IMG/VR virus record: IMGVR_UViG_3300043464_002284
Span: 173,916-237,915 of that record
Strand: one strand, 5' to 3'
DNA length: 64,000 nt
Part shown: positions 45,295 through 54,922 of the stretch, one piece after another
Numbering within the stretch: position 1 is the stretch's first letter
Layout: the number at the start of each line of letters is the position of its first letter
Translations under genes and position numbers: made by a program
Notes under the pieces: generated by a model
The model's database searches: none
The model's input: only the letters and a program-made list of their open reading frames with translations
What the model was told of the DNA's origin: nothing

Positions 45295-46364
45295 CAAAAA
45301 TCAACCTATCTTGTCCAATTAACCAAACTGGTTATGGTATTTCATCTTTAAATATTCTCAAAGAGTTAATTCAAATATCTGAATTAAGTTATTTGCCTAT
45401 CGGGCAACCTTCTGTTGGAACTCAAGAAGACTACAACATAATACAGTCACTCCTAAACAATCAAGATTTAGCAAATATTAATTCGCCATTTATCAAGATT
45501 TGGCACCAGTTCGATCTTGGTACTCGTTTTGGTCGTGGTAAATATTTTGCATTTCCCTTTTTTGAACTAGATACATTCAACACCAGAGAAAAGCAGCATC
45601 TATCTGTTCCAGATGTTTTATTTGCCACCTCTGAGTGGGCAAAAAACGTAATGACCAATAACGATATAACCACACCCATAGAAGTAATACCTCTGGGAGT
45701 TGATATGTCTATTTTTAATTATCTTGAAAACCCAAAACAGACTGACAAATACATATTTTTAAATATTGGTAAATGGGAAGTTAGAAAAGGTCACGATATT
45801 TTACATGAATTATTTAAAAAAGCTTTTCCAAATGAAACAGATGTAGAGTTATGGGTGCTGGCGTCAGAAACTACTAATTCTTATTCTAGTGAAGAACAAT
45901 TAGTTGAATGGAAAAACTTATATAGTAATGATAACAGAATTAAAATATCTTCTGGAGTTACATCACAAAAAGAAATAGCTCAAATTATGTCGCAAGCTAG
46001 TTGTGGTATTTTTCCTTCCAGAGCAGAGGGATGGAATTTAGAACTATTGGAAATGATGGCCATGAATAAACCAGTTATAGCAACTAACTACTCCGCACAT
46101 ACCGAGTTTTGTGATAAAAATAATTCCTATTTAGTAGATATTGAAACAACAGAACCGGCTAATGATAAGAAGGCATTTTATGGTCAAGGCAATTGGGCTA
46201 AATTAGGCCAAAATCAACAAGATCAGATTATTGAACATATGAGATATGTTTATCAAAACAAGATTCTCACCAACACGTCGGGACTAACAACGGCTAAAAT
46301 CTTTTCTTGGAAAAATTCGGCCAGTAAAATTTTGAGGTGTATACAAGAGTATACAGGAGAATAA
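45291..46364 (+). CDS. GT4 glycosyltransferase
   Basis: TGYG, FLNIGKWEVRKG, PSRAEGWNLELLEMMAMNKPVIATN, FSW. Confidence 0.9.
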   Translation: MTKINLSCPINQTGYGISSLNILKELIQISELSYLPIGQPSVGTQEDYNIIQSLLNNQDLANINSPFIKIWHQFDLGTRFGRGKYFAFPFFELDTFNTREKQHLSVPDVLFATSEWAKNVMTNNDITTPIEVIPLGVDMSIFNYLENPKQTDKYIFLNIGKWEVRKGHDILHELFKKAFPNETDVELWVLASETTNSYSSEEQLVEWKNLYSNDNRIKISSGVTSQKEIAQIMSQASCGIFPSRAEGWNLELLEMMAMNKPVIATNYSAHTEFCDKNNSYLVDIETTEPANDKKAFYGQGNWAKLGQNQQDQIIEHMRYVYQNKILTNTSGLTTAKIFSWKNSASKILRCIQEYTGE

Positions 46365-46876
46365 TTATGCCTATTCCTCAACCAAATCCAAATGAAGATA
46401 AAGAAAAATTTGTATCTCGATGCATGTCTAACGAGACAATGAAAAAAGAGTACAGTGACTCAAAACAAAGAGTAGCTGTTTGCTTAGGTCAAACCAAAGC
46501 AGAAGAAAATTGCTTATTGAGCGAAATTCAAGACGTTATACTGTCTAGTCAAGAATATGATGAGGAGTGGGATGAGTTTGTATATGATATTGAAGCGTTC
46601 CATATTTATGATGAAGACGAAAAGCTAGTAGCTGCCGAAAAAAATGGACGTAAAGTTACGCTTAACAAACCCTTTAGAACACCTGATGGTCCTAAAAAAT
46701 TTAGCGTTTATGTCAAAAATGGTAGTGGCAATGTTGTCAAAGTAAATTTTGGCGACCCAAACATGGAAATCAAAAAAGACATTCCAGCAAGAAGAAAAAG
46801 CTTTAGAGCTAGAATGAGATGTGATACTCCTGGTCCCAAATGGAAAGCCAGATACTGGGCATGTAAGAGCTGGTGA
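46337..46876 (+). CDS. Conserved large-phage protein; start probably ATG 46367
   Basis: MPIPQP...EKFVSRCM...QRVAVC N-module; C-terminal KVTLNKPFRT...KVNFGDP...ARYWAC module; GGAG RBS before 46367. Confidence 0.65.
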   Translation: MYTRVYRRIIMPIPQPNPNEDKEKFVSRCMSNETMKKEYSDSKQRVAVCLGQTKAEENCLLSEIQDVILSSQEYDEEWDEFVYDIEAFHIYDEDEKLVAAEKNGRKVTLNKPFRTPDGPKKFSVYVKNGSGNVVKVNFGDPNMEIKKDIPARRKSFRARMRCDTPGPKWKARYWACKSW

Positions 46877-47448
46877 ATAATATGACAAACAAAACAATAG
46901 AAGAATTACTAAACGAAACTCCCGAGATAAAGGAAAATCAAGTGGACGAGACACAAGCGAATGAAACGATAGAGAGCGCAGTATCTGAGACCAATACTGT
47001 AATCGAATTACTAAAAAAATCTCTAAACATACACTGGCAACAAACCACATCTCTAACTGCACAAGCTGCCCACCTAGACAGATGGGGTTACAAAAAACTA
47101 GCAGCAATCATCAAAATAGATGCAGAACAAGAGCACGAACATTCGCTAGAGAATATCAAAAGACTAGAGTTTTTTGATGCTGACTATCAACCCCTTGTAG
47201 TATCCCCACCATCTTGGACAAGACACGATATGCTGTCCATGATCCGATACAATCTTGATTCTGTTAGAGAAGCTGCCGCTGCTGAAAAAGCAACAATTGT
47301 TGCTGCTAGAGCTGTTGGAGACGAACTAACTGCTAATATCATGATTCCTCTTCTTCAAGGCAGTGAAGATGGTATCGCTTTATATGAAGGTTTCTTGAAG
47401 ATGATTGAACAAATGGGTCTAGATAACTTCCTTAGTATACAGGTGTAA
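46873..47448 (+). CDS. Bacterioferritin/ferritin-like protein
   Basis: WGYKKL...EQEHEH...RLEF helix pair, E..A..A, EED-like ligands, ends MGLDNFL (cf. Bfr MGLQNYL). Confidence 0.75.
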   Translation: MNNMTNKTIEELLNETPEIKENQVDETQANETIESAVSETNTVIELLKKSLNIHWQQTTSLTAQAAHLDRWGYKKLAAIIKIDAEQEHEHSLENIKRLEFFDADYQPLVVSPPSWTRHDMLSMIRYNLDSVREAAAAEKATIVAARAVGDELTANIMIPLLQGSEDGIALYEGFLKMIEQMGLDNFLSIQV

Positions 47449-47450
47449 TT

Positions 47451-48044
47451 ATGGATCGTATAAATAATATTCTCTCTGATGTTAATAGTGCTCTAACTCA
47501 ACAGGCTAGGTCTTGTGACGATATGATCAATGACCCAAGACTAACACTAGAAGACATGCAAGAACTACTAGAAATACAAGCCATTCAAAAAAAACTTAAT
47601 CAACTAAAAAACACCAAAGCTGAAGATGGCGATTTTTTAGAGGTCGAAAATACGGAAATTGAATCTATTGAACAGGAAATGATGGAGTATAAGAAAGATT
47701 TCTATGACATGAGTGTAGGATCTCTCATGGCAATTATGTCGAACGCTCAGAAAATAGTAGAAAATCTGTCCAATCCCCAAGTAGCAGAAAACTTGACAGA
47801 GAGCTGGCTACAGGGTAAAATCGCCATAACTGAGGACTACATGCGAACTATTCACGATTTTGTCATGTACGTCAACCAGTCTGACGATAACACAGAAGCG
47901 GCCAATCGGCCAGGACTATGGGAAAATATCCGCAGAAAAAAAGAGAGGATGGGCAAAAACTATAAACCAGCAAAGACTGGAGACAAGGACAGACCGGATT
48001 CAAAAACATGGAAAAAGCTAACAGACGAAAACAAAAAAGTCTAA
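47451..48044 (+). CDS. Hypothetical protein with basic C-terminal phage module
   Basis: RPGLWENIRRKK...KDRP tail. Confidence 0.6.
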   Translation: MDRINNILSDVNSALTQQARSCDDMINDPRLTLEDMQELLEIQAIQKKLNQLKNTKAEDGDFLEVENTEIESIEQEMMEYKKDFYDMSVGSLMAIMSNAQKIVENLSNPQVAENLTESWLQGKIAITEDYMRTIHDFVMYVNQSDDNTEAANRPGLWENIRRKKERMGKNYKPAKTGDKDRPDSKTWKKLTDENKKV

Positions 48045-48676
48045 AAGCTCGTAGGACTTTAAAAACAAAAAAACAAGGAAAACAAATGGACAAACAATTT
48101 GAGTCGCTATCTTTCTATATCAACCTAGCTAAAAAAACTATTTCTAAATTCGCCCCAAAGTTTTACAATGGACTCTCTGTTGAAATGCTCAAAAATGAGG
48201 ACGCTGTATCAGATATAGCTACTGCATTGATGTATGCCGATTGGAGATATGATGAAAATCGCAAGGGCAAAACAGGTTTACAGAAAACATTATACTCATA
48301 CCGCAACCAGTGTGCTATATGGGCTATTAAAACTTATGTAACCAATAAGTATAAGCAAACTAAACTATCTAGCTTAGACTTTGAACTGGATAATGAAAAA
48401 TTCTTAGATTCTATTATTCAAGATAAGAAGCACTTGTCTCCTTTAGAGATCATTATAGATCAAGAGTATACTGATAATCTATCTCTGTCTATAGACACTC
48501 TGTTATCTAATAATCTTCTTAGCGAAAAGCAAAAAACGCAAATTAAGATGTATTACTTTGAAGAAAAAACTTTGTCTGAAATAGGAGACACATTCGGGGT
48601 TTCCAGAGAGGCAGTAAGACAGAATATCAAAAGGGGTCTTGAGATAATCAAGAGCTACGATCCAGCAAATGCTTAA
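48008..48676 (+). CDS. sigma70-family RNA polymerase sigma factor; start probably ATG 48086
   Basis: Region 4 HTH LLSEKQK...KTLSEIGDTFGVSREAVRQ; region-2-like N-terminal half. Confidence 0.85.
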   Translation: MEKANRRKQKSLKARRTLKTKKQGKQMDKQFESLSFYINLAKKTISKFAPKFYNGLSVEMLKNEDAVSDIATALMYADWRYDENRKGKTGLQKTLYSYRNQCAIWAIKTYVTNKYKQTKLSSLDFELDNEKFLDSIIQDKKHLSPLEIIIDQEYTDNLSLSIDTLLSNNLLSEKQKTQIKMYYFEEKTLSEIGDTFGVSREAVRQNIKRGLEIIKSYDPANA

Positions 48677-49097
48677 ACCTATCAAAAGATTTTTATCGTA
48701 TCTATTTGGTTTTATTGATGAGACTAAGAACAATAAAACAGAAACAGAAACAGATAAGCAAGAAGCTGTCGGAGGCATCACATTTAAACTAAATGATGAT
48801 CAGACTATAAACATATCTTGTTATATTCCAGAGACCCAAAATCTCTCGGTAGATAATATAACGTCTATGGCAGAAAATTATGCAGAATTATTGATGTATA
48901 TTAACGATGGATTATTGTCTGGTAAAATTATTAACTTTATTAAGGAAACCATTAAAAAGTCCGAACATGAGCAAGATAAGTTATTTTTTGAGAACGTTCT
49001 AGTTTTTTGGGTTATGCATCATGTTGAGCACCTAAAAGAAGAGAAGAGCAAAAGTAACCAACCCTTAATTATGCCATCCAGAGTTTTTAACGCTTAA
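48669..49097 (+). CDS. Hypothetical protein
   Basis: Operonic packing. Confidence 0.6.
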   Translation: MLKPIKRFLSYLFGFIDETKNNKTETETDKQEAVGGITFKLNDDQTINISCYIPETQNLSVDNITSMAENYAELLMYINDGLLSGKIINFIKETIKKSEHEQDKLFFENVLVFWVMHHVEHLKEEKSKSNQPLIMPSRVFNA

Positions 49098-49144
49098 TTT
49101 GCAGGACTTCTCTTCTTGCTTACTATATTTAGGAGGTTTTACAT

Positions 49145-49594
49145 ATGGATCCAAAAATAGTCTGGCAAAAATGGATGGACCCGTTCGGTTCTGATGATGA
49201 GAATTTATTGACCGATGAAGATGGTGAGCCAAAATTTTTAGACGATGAAAATAGTGGTGATATATACAGTAATAAAAATAAGAACGATGGTCCACCAGAA
49301 CCGTATGAAAAATTTAAAGACTTAAAATCACATACGGTTAGAGTAATGGCTACTCCTATGGGTATTATTCCTATAACAGAAAATACAGCTAGTAGTAAAA
49401 TTTTTAATTTTTGGACAGGACATACAAATTTTAACATCACACGAAAAGTAGCAGAAATAATAGAAAATACAGAAGGGGTTGAAGCTTTAGATATTTTTAC
49501 CAGATATAGATTTAGAATAGCAATAGGTAAAGTATTTACAGATTCTGATGTCATGAGAAATATTAATGACAATGTTTATACATACTTAGGATAA
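49145..49594 (+). CDS. Hypothetical phage protein
   Basis: GGAGG RBS; WTGHTNF.IT...IE..EGVE.L....RYRF pattern. Confidence 0.65.
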   Translation: MDPKIVWQKWMDPFGSDDENLLTDEDGEPKFLDDENSGDIYSNKNKNDGPPEPYEKFKDLKSHTVRVMATPMGIIPITENTASSKIFNFWTGHTNFNITRKVAEIIENTEGVEALDIFTRYRFRIAIGKVFTDSDVMRNINDNVYTYLG

Positions 49595-49598
49595 TATA

Positions 49599-50273
49599 GT
49601 GGTACAAAATAAAGACACCAACGATATAGCATATTTACATGATCATAATATAGATATTTCTAATAGAGAAATATATCTTCACTCTTACATAGGGGAGGGT
49701 GATGAAGAGGGAGGAGTAGACTATAGAAGTTCTGTTAAGTTTGAAAAAAATCTTAGACATTTAAATTTAATATCTTTAGAGCCAATATTAGTACATATGC
49801 ATTTGCCCGGTGGGGATTGGCAAGATTGTTTAGGTATGTACGATGCTATTAAAGCGTCCAAAGCAAAAGTGATTATTCTAGCGTATGCTAAAGCAGAATC
49901 TTCTAGTAGTGTTTTATTACAGGCGGCTGATTTGAGAATATTAATGCCGAACACAAATGTATTAATCCACTATGGTTCATTTAGCGTAGACGCAGAGCAC
50001 AGCAAGGCGGCTGCTGCTGGCATACAATGGAACGAAAGAGAGTGTGACAAGATGGTGGATGTATTCACTGATCGGTGTATGAGTAGTATTATATGTAAAG
50101 AAAAAAATTGGAAAAGAATGATGGCAAAAAAACACATTGTTTCTCAGTTAGCCAATAAATGCGATTGGATCCTAACCGCTCAACAAGCTGTTGACTATGG
50201 TTTTGCTGATGGTATTTTGGGTACTAAAAAATTTCCAAATATGGACTATTTAAAAACATACGCCAAGAGATAA
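49599..50273 (+). CDS. clpP: ClpP-like (S14) protease subunit
   Basis: LPGG, YDAI, AESS (Ser), LIHY (His), CDWILTAQQAVDYGFAD (Asp). Confidence 0.85.
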   Translation: MVQNKDTNDIAYLHDHNIDISNREIYLHSYIGEGDEEGGVDYRSSVKFEKNLRHLNLISLEPILVHMHLPGGDWQDCLGMYDAIKASKAKVIILAYAKAESSSSVLLQAADLRILMPNTNVLIHYGSFSVDAEHSKAAAAGIQWNERECDKMVDVFTDRCMSSIICKEKNWKRMMAKKHIVSQLANKCDWILTAQQAVDYGFADGILGTKKFPNMDYLKTYAKR

Positions 50274-50275
50274 CT

Positions 50276-50929
50276 ATGCAACTAGAGTATGCTTGCTATG
50301 ATGTAGCAATAAATGAAGACGAAGTAAAAAAAAATATTCAAAATGCAATACAATATAATCCCTATTGTATTTCTATTCATCCATATTCATTGTCGTCAGT
50401 AAAAACATTAATTCCAGAAAATATAAAACTCTCATGTGCTATTGATTACCCAATGGGACTAACTGACGTAACCACAAGAAATCAAATTGTTCAACAGGTA
50501 GCTAAAAATAATCAAGTCTCTATTATAGACCTAAATATTCCATCTAAATCAATTGTTAATCGAAAATATGACAAGTTTAGAGAAGATATCAAGCTCAATT
50601 CTGAAACATGCAAAGAGCACAATGTTGAGTTAAGGTATGTTTTAGAATATAGGGTATTTAGTCACGAAATACTGGCTAAACTTTGTCAAATCCTAAAAAC
50701 CTTTGATATTGGCCATGTTTTCCCAGCCTCTGGCTTTCTTTTAGATGACATTAACGACAATATTATTGCGGCCAAATATTTAATGGCTAAATCTAATATG
50801 AAAGTTATCTGTAATGGCAATGTATGGACTAAGCAGCAAGTGGAAAATGTTCGTAAATCAGGAGTGACTGGTCTTAGGGTTTCAAACATACCATCACTCG
50901 AATTAGCTGCTAAAAATAACGCTTTTTGA
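50276..50929 (+). CDS. DeoC (deoxyribose-phosphate aldolase)-like TIM barrel, probably inactive
   Basis: AIDYPMG, IIDLN, LRYVLEY, GVTGLRVS; FIKTSTGF segment reads HVFPASGF. Confidence 0.7.
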   Translation: MQLEYACYDVAINEDEVKKNIQNAIQYNPYCISIHPYSLSSVKTLIPENIKLSCAIDYPMGLTDVTTRNQIVQQVAKNNQVSIIDLNIPSKSIVNRKYDKFREDIKLNSETCKEHNVELRYVLEYRVFSHEILAKLCQILKTFDIGHVFPASGFLLDDINDNIIAAKYLMAKSNMKVICNGNVWTKQQVENVRKSGVTGLRVSNIPSLELAAKNNAF

Positions 50930-50984
50930 TTTTTTGGGGTATAAAGAGTATGACTAGTCATCACTTTTATCCTAGGAGATTAAA

Positions 50985-51527
50985 ATGGCAACACAACAAG
51001 TTAATGGTTCGGCCGTAACTGGCAACTATCGTTTTGGCGGTTCCACCAAAAACAATAATGGTGTTGCTGTCAATGCTGGTAGTCCAACAGGCAGAGTATC
51101 CAAGGTAGGTCTTGGTAGAAGTCATGTAACAACTGGCTCAGTAGTAGTAGACAGAGAAACAACAGACAAAGCTGTTAGTGCTGGCGCTTTTGCTTATAGT
51201 ACACAAAAGCCTATTTCAGCCAGACTATCAGTGGTAGTCGGAGCTACTTCAAGCAATGTTCTTCTTGGACTTGCTAATGTTCCAAGTCAGATTAAAAGTA
51301 TCCACAAAATTGAGTCTCGCAGAGTTGTTCGCAAAGCAACAGCTATGAGAGCTGGTAACTTTAATCTAATTACAGGTAAGTTCACAGTTAACCCAACATC
51401 AGCAACAGATAGTTTCGGTTCGGACGTTGCAGCAAGCCCAACAAGAGCCGTTCCTGGCAAACTTGTTTACAAGCTTGGTTCTCGTACTCCGGTCAGAACT
51501 GATTATAAGGCCAAAACTGGCGGTTGA
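50985..51527 (+). CDS. Putative abundant virion structural protein
   Basis: G/S/T/V-rich, strongly biased codon usage, AGGAG RBS, followed by a strong hairpin. Confidence 0.5.
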   Translation: MATQQVNGSAVTGNYRFGGSTKNNNGVAVNAGSPTGRVSKVGLGRSHVTTGSVVVDRETTDKAVSAGAFAYSTQKPISARLSVVVGATSSNVLLGLANVPSQIKSIHKIESRRVVRKATAMRAGNFNLITGKFTVNPTSATDSFGSDVAASPTRAVPGKLVYKLGSRTPVRTDYKAKTGG

Positions 51528-51553
51528 TTTTATTAGATTTTAAAATTTTCATT

Positions 51554-51597
51554 AAGGTCACTGATACAGTGTATAATACATAAGTATCAGTGGCCTT
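51554..51597 (+). terminator. 14-bp hairpin enclosing AGTGTATA motif
   Basis: AAGGTCACTGATAC/GTATCAGTGGCCTT followed by T-rich sequence. Confidence 0.6.
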
Positions 51598-51943
51598 TCT
51601 GATTTTATGGAGCTTTATTATGAGTGATACTAATCTAGCACATGTCTGGCAAATTGTTGCAACCACCAGCATAGGGATTATAGTTACATTGATCACATTC
51701 TGGGCAGCATTAGTTCGTCATGTTGTAACTAAATCTGAAATTGAGAATTTGATACAAACTCATTCTCCATATTTGCAAGATCGTCAGTTTATTATGGAAA
51801 GGCTAGCCAGCAACAAAGAAAGCCAAAATGCATTTTCCATGGCACTACAAAGGAATACAGAAGTCATGAATGAATTAAAAGTGCAAATTGCAATGTTGGC
51901 TAAAACTCTTGAAGCTATAGAATATAGAATAGAAAAAACTTAA
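51590..51943 (+). CDS. TM plus coiled-coil protein; start probably ATG 51620
   Basis: One TM then heptads; GGAG RBS before 51620. Confidence 0.6.
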   Translation: MAFLILWSFIMSDTNLAHVWQIVATTSIGIIVTLITFWAALVRHVVTKSEIENLIQTHSPYLQDRQFIMERLASNKESQNAFSMALQRNTEVMNELKVQIAMLAKTLEAIEYRIEKT

Positions 51944-51959
51944 TTAAGGAATTTTTATA

Positions 51960-53348
51960 ATGAGCACACCAGACATAACAAAGGCCATCTCTGCTAACGA
52001 TATTAAAAACGGAGCGTCATTATTATTAATTAATAAAACTGGCATAGAAACACTTTTTGATAACAGTAGAGATGCCGAACAAGGACTAAGTCCATTAGGC
52101 CCCGAAACAACAGATAGATTTGATGACGTAGGATACTATCTACTGCCAACATCATCCCCTGGACCAGTTAACACAGACACACTTGATAATGTTACTGATC
52201 GTGGAGCAATAACTACCAATGGAATAACTGTAAGCTCTTTGACACTATCTCAAGGTAGCAAAATAAGCGAAACAAATAATACAATATTACTAGCACCCCC
52301 AACAGCAGCATCCGGACAAAGTTTAGTAATTCGCCCAACTGCTGCTCCCGACCATAGCCATGTGCATCTTGTTGCGGAGGATCCCTCAACCGTGGACCTG
52401 TGCTTGGGCGACGATGATCAATATGTTAAGATTCAAAAAAATGGTGGAGACGTTATTGTTGGCACACAAAGAACACTTACTACCAATAACAACTATATAA
52501 ATGGTACTGATTTTTCAACAGATGTTGATCTAGGTATCGGAATAGGTATAATAGCAGGTTGGTATCAACGAAACGCAAGCCAAATTGAATTTGCATTATT
52601 TGGAAATTCTGTATTTCAATCATACCTTACTGGACTGGCATTAGGTAGAACTGTAATTGTTACATATACCAATGGCGCCACTCCGAGTGGCACCGCTACA
52701 CTTACAGCAACATTAACACAAGTATTTAGTAGCACAGGACAAGCTGATCCTAATAATCCTACTTGGAGTCGGGTTAGTGGTAGAATAGATGCAACATTAC
52801 CAACTGTAGTAGGCGAATTGAGCATTGTTAGTATTAACTTCCCAGTATACTCTACGGATACAAATAACTGGACATTTGGCACAGATGGCAAATTAATATT
52901 GCCAGGAGGATATGCTCAAGTTGTTGTAGAGGGAGATAGTGGTGTTCGTATTGGAACAGCAGGAACTAATGTCGCTCCTAATAGCCAAATTAAAATTGGC
53001 GGTGCTGAACATGCGTTTGAAATCTTCGGAGGGCCTCCTGGGTATAGCTGGACGTTTGACGGAAATGGTGAACTAACATTACCAACTAGCGGTAGCATCA
53101 CATTCCCAAATAACACAACCCAAACTTCTGCTGGAATACCAAGTAATACTGGATTGGTTCCAAATTCAGATAGTATTACTAATATTGTTAGTATATGTCA
53201 AGCAGCTTATGATGGTCTTATTACTAAAAATTCTAGTACTCTATATATTATCTTAGAGTCTTGTGGAGGCGGCGGTCCTGGCGGTGGTAATCCTTTTCCT
53301 CCTGGTAGTGGCCCCGGTCCCGGTCCTGGCCCCGGTCCCGGAGGCTAA
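51960..53348 (+). CDS. Putative tail fibre/appendage protein
   Basis: Beta-rich T/G/S composition; WTFG.DG.L.LP repeats; ITNIVSICQAAYDGL...TLYII fibre C-terminal motif; Gly-Pro tail. Confidence 0.65.
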   Translation: MSTPDITKAISANDIKNGASLLLINKTGIETLFDNSRDAEQGLSPLGPETTDRFDDVGYYLLPTSSPGPVNTDTLDNVTDRGAITTNGITVSSLTLSQGSKISETNNTILLAPPTAASGQSLVIRPTAAPDHSHVHLVAEDPSTVDLCLGDDDQYVKIQKNGGDVIVGTQRTLTTNNNYINGTDFSTDVDLGIGIGIIAGWYQRNASQIEFALFGNSVFQSYLTGLALGRTVIVTYTNGATPSGTATLTATLTQVFSSTGQADPNNPTWSRVSGRIDATLPTVVGELSIVSINFPVYSTDTNNWTFGTDGKLILPGGYAQVVVEGDSGVRIGTAGTNVAPNSQIKIGGAEHAFEIFGGPPGYSWTFDGNGELTLPTSGSITFPNNTTQTSAGIPSNTGLVPNSDSITNIVSICQAAYDGLITKNSSTLYIILESCGGGGPGGGNPFPPGSGPGPGPGPGPGG

Positions 53349-53353
53349 ACAAT

Positions 53354-54334
53354 ATGTCTATATTCTTAAATAATTCTGAAATATCTGCTATTAAATTAGG
53401 TAATAATAATGTTTCTAAAATATTTTTAGGAAACAATTTAGTATTCCCTCCTACTACCCCTACTCCTACATGTCCTGACTCAACCTCTAGCGTTAAAATG
53501 ACTGGATGGTTTGTTGGTGATCGAATTCTTGCTCCTTGGGGATATGCTCCATATGGACGCGAAACTTATATTTATGGGGATGAAGCTGTTCGATATGAAA
53601 CTGGAGTATGGATTTACACAAATACGACGTACGGAGAACTGGCGCGGGCGTATAGTTATGCAGATTGGCCTTGGTTAGTAGATTGGCCGTCTCCTTATGC
53701 TGCTGAGAAAGTTCGTCAAGACGGCACAAGTTGTGGTTCTCCAGTTTCCACTCCTACTCCCACACCCACGCCTAGCCCCACACCTCCAGCTTTTGGTAGC
53801 TCAGGATTTCAGTGGATGACGATGAATTCTATTACGGAATCTACAGCATCAGGCATTGGTCAAAATAATATAACAATAAGTGTTACCCAAACCGGCGGGG
53901 GTATGTTTCTACATAATGGAGCGGTTGGCGCTACACTGTTTCCTCCAGAATATGGAGTACCAACTGATGGTAATCAAATTGCAAATACCCAGCCCGGAGT
54001 ATTTACTGCAACATTTAGTTCACCCGTCACAGATGCTTTAGTTGCATTTGCCAGTGTCGGACAGTACGGATTGCAAGTTCCTGTTATGGTACTTGATGAG
54101 AATTCTAATCCAAAACCTTTTACCCCCATTTGGTCGTCAAACGGTATTGTCCCAGGAACACAAACAACATACTTAAATCAAGTAAGTCCAACTCAATACA
54201 CACAATTTATTGGAGAAGAAGGATTCAATATTATTCGAATCGATGGAACAATGAGCAGTGTGACATTCAACTACGGTTCTGCCGAATTTTATTGTACGGT
54301 TTGTTTCGGATTTGTTGATCAAAATGTTCCATAA
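53354..54334 (+). CDS. Putative virion appendage protein with PT linkers
   Basis: SAIKLGNNNVSKIFLGNNLVFP N-motif typical next to fibre genes; TPTPTPTPSPTP linker. Confidence 0.6.
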   Translation: MSIFLNNSEISAIKLGNNNVSKIFLGNNLVFPPTTPTPTCPDSTSSVKMTGWFVGDRILAPWGYAPYGRETYIYGDEAVRYETGVWIYTNTTYGELARAYSYADWPWLVDWPSPYAAEKVRQDGTSCGSPVSTPTPTPTPSPTPPAFGSSGFQWMTMNSITESTASGIGQNNITISVTQTGGGMFLHNGAVGATLFPPEYGVPTDGNQIANTQPGVFTATFSSPVTDALVAFASVGQYGLQVPVMVLDENSNPKPFTPIWSSNGIVPGTQTTYLNQVSPTQYTQFIGEEGFNIIRIDGTMSSVTFNYGSAEFYCTVCFGFVDQNVP

Positions 54335-54358
54335 ATAATTAATTAAAGAGACTTCATT

Positions 54359-54562
54359 ATGAGCACGCTTAATATTACAACAGTTATATCATCTAATGCA
54401 ATTAAAAATGGAGCATCCCTATTATCAGTTACAAAAACTGGTTTAGAGACAACTTTTGACAACAGCAAAGACACTGAACAAGGACTATCTTCTCTAGACA
54501 GCTTTACAAATAATCGTTTTGATGATACGAGTTATTATATTCCCAGAGGAACACCCTCATAA
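54359..54562 (+). CDS. Stand-alone copy of the N-terminal module of 51960..53348
   Basis: MST..IT..IS.N.IKNGASLL...KTG.ET.FDNS.D.EQGLS...RFDD..YY aligns along its length. Confidence 0.7.
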   Translation: MSTLNITTVISSNAIKNGASLLSVTKTGLETTFDNSKDTEQGLSSLDSFTNNRFDDTSYYIPRGTPS

Positions 54563-54577
54563 TTTGGAGATTAATAT

Positions 54578-54913
54578 ATGGTTAAACCTGGATATAGAAC
54601 TAGTGAATTTTGGTTTACTATGGTTAGCTTTATTTTTAGTGGACTTTATCTTGTTGGTCTTATAAGTGAAAATTCTCAAAAAGAAGATTTAATTCAAGAA
54701 ACTACCAGAGGAGTAGAAGCTACTATTCTTATTATAGGGCAATTAACGGTATTATTTAAATATATTAACGGAAGAACAGATCTTAAGAAAACTTGGTGGA
54801 GTACCGCAACACCCGAAGAAAGAAAAGTGGCAAATAAAGCAAATGATAGAAGCAAAAAGAAAACAACCAAAAAGAAACCAGTAACCAAAACCAAAGCTAA
54901 GCCATTGACCTAA
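54578..54913 (+). CDS. Holin-like membrane protein
   Basis: KPGYRTSEFW N-motif, two TMs, highly basic C-terminus. Confidence 0.6.
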   Translation: MVKPGYRTSEFWFTMVSFIFSGLYLVGLISENSQKEDLIQETTRGVEATILIIGQLTVLFKYINGRTDLKKTWWSTATPEERKVANKANDRSKKKTTKKKPVTKTKAKPLT

Positions 54914-54922
54914 TTTCTCTAT

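Noticed and set aside
26293-46364. Captured host capsule/O-antigen locus
   Set aside because: No wzx/wzy/wzm-wzt or priming glycosyltransferase is visible, and the genes are interleaved with phage-type ORFs and promoters; a host-surface-modification role is not excluded
51960-54562. Diversity-generating retroelement TR/VR pair
   Set aside because: Differences are mostly synonymous and affect all bases rather than being adenine-specific; the copy is at the N-terminus; no reverse transcriptase in the window
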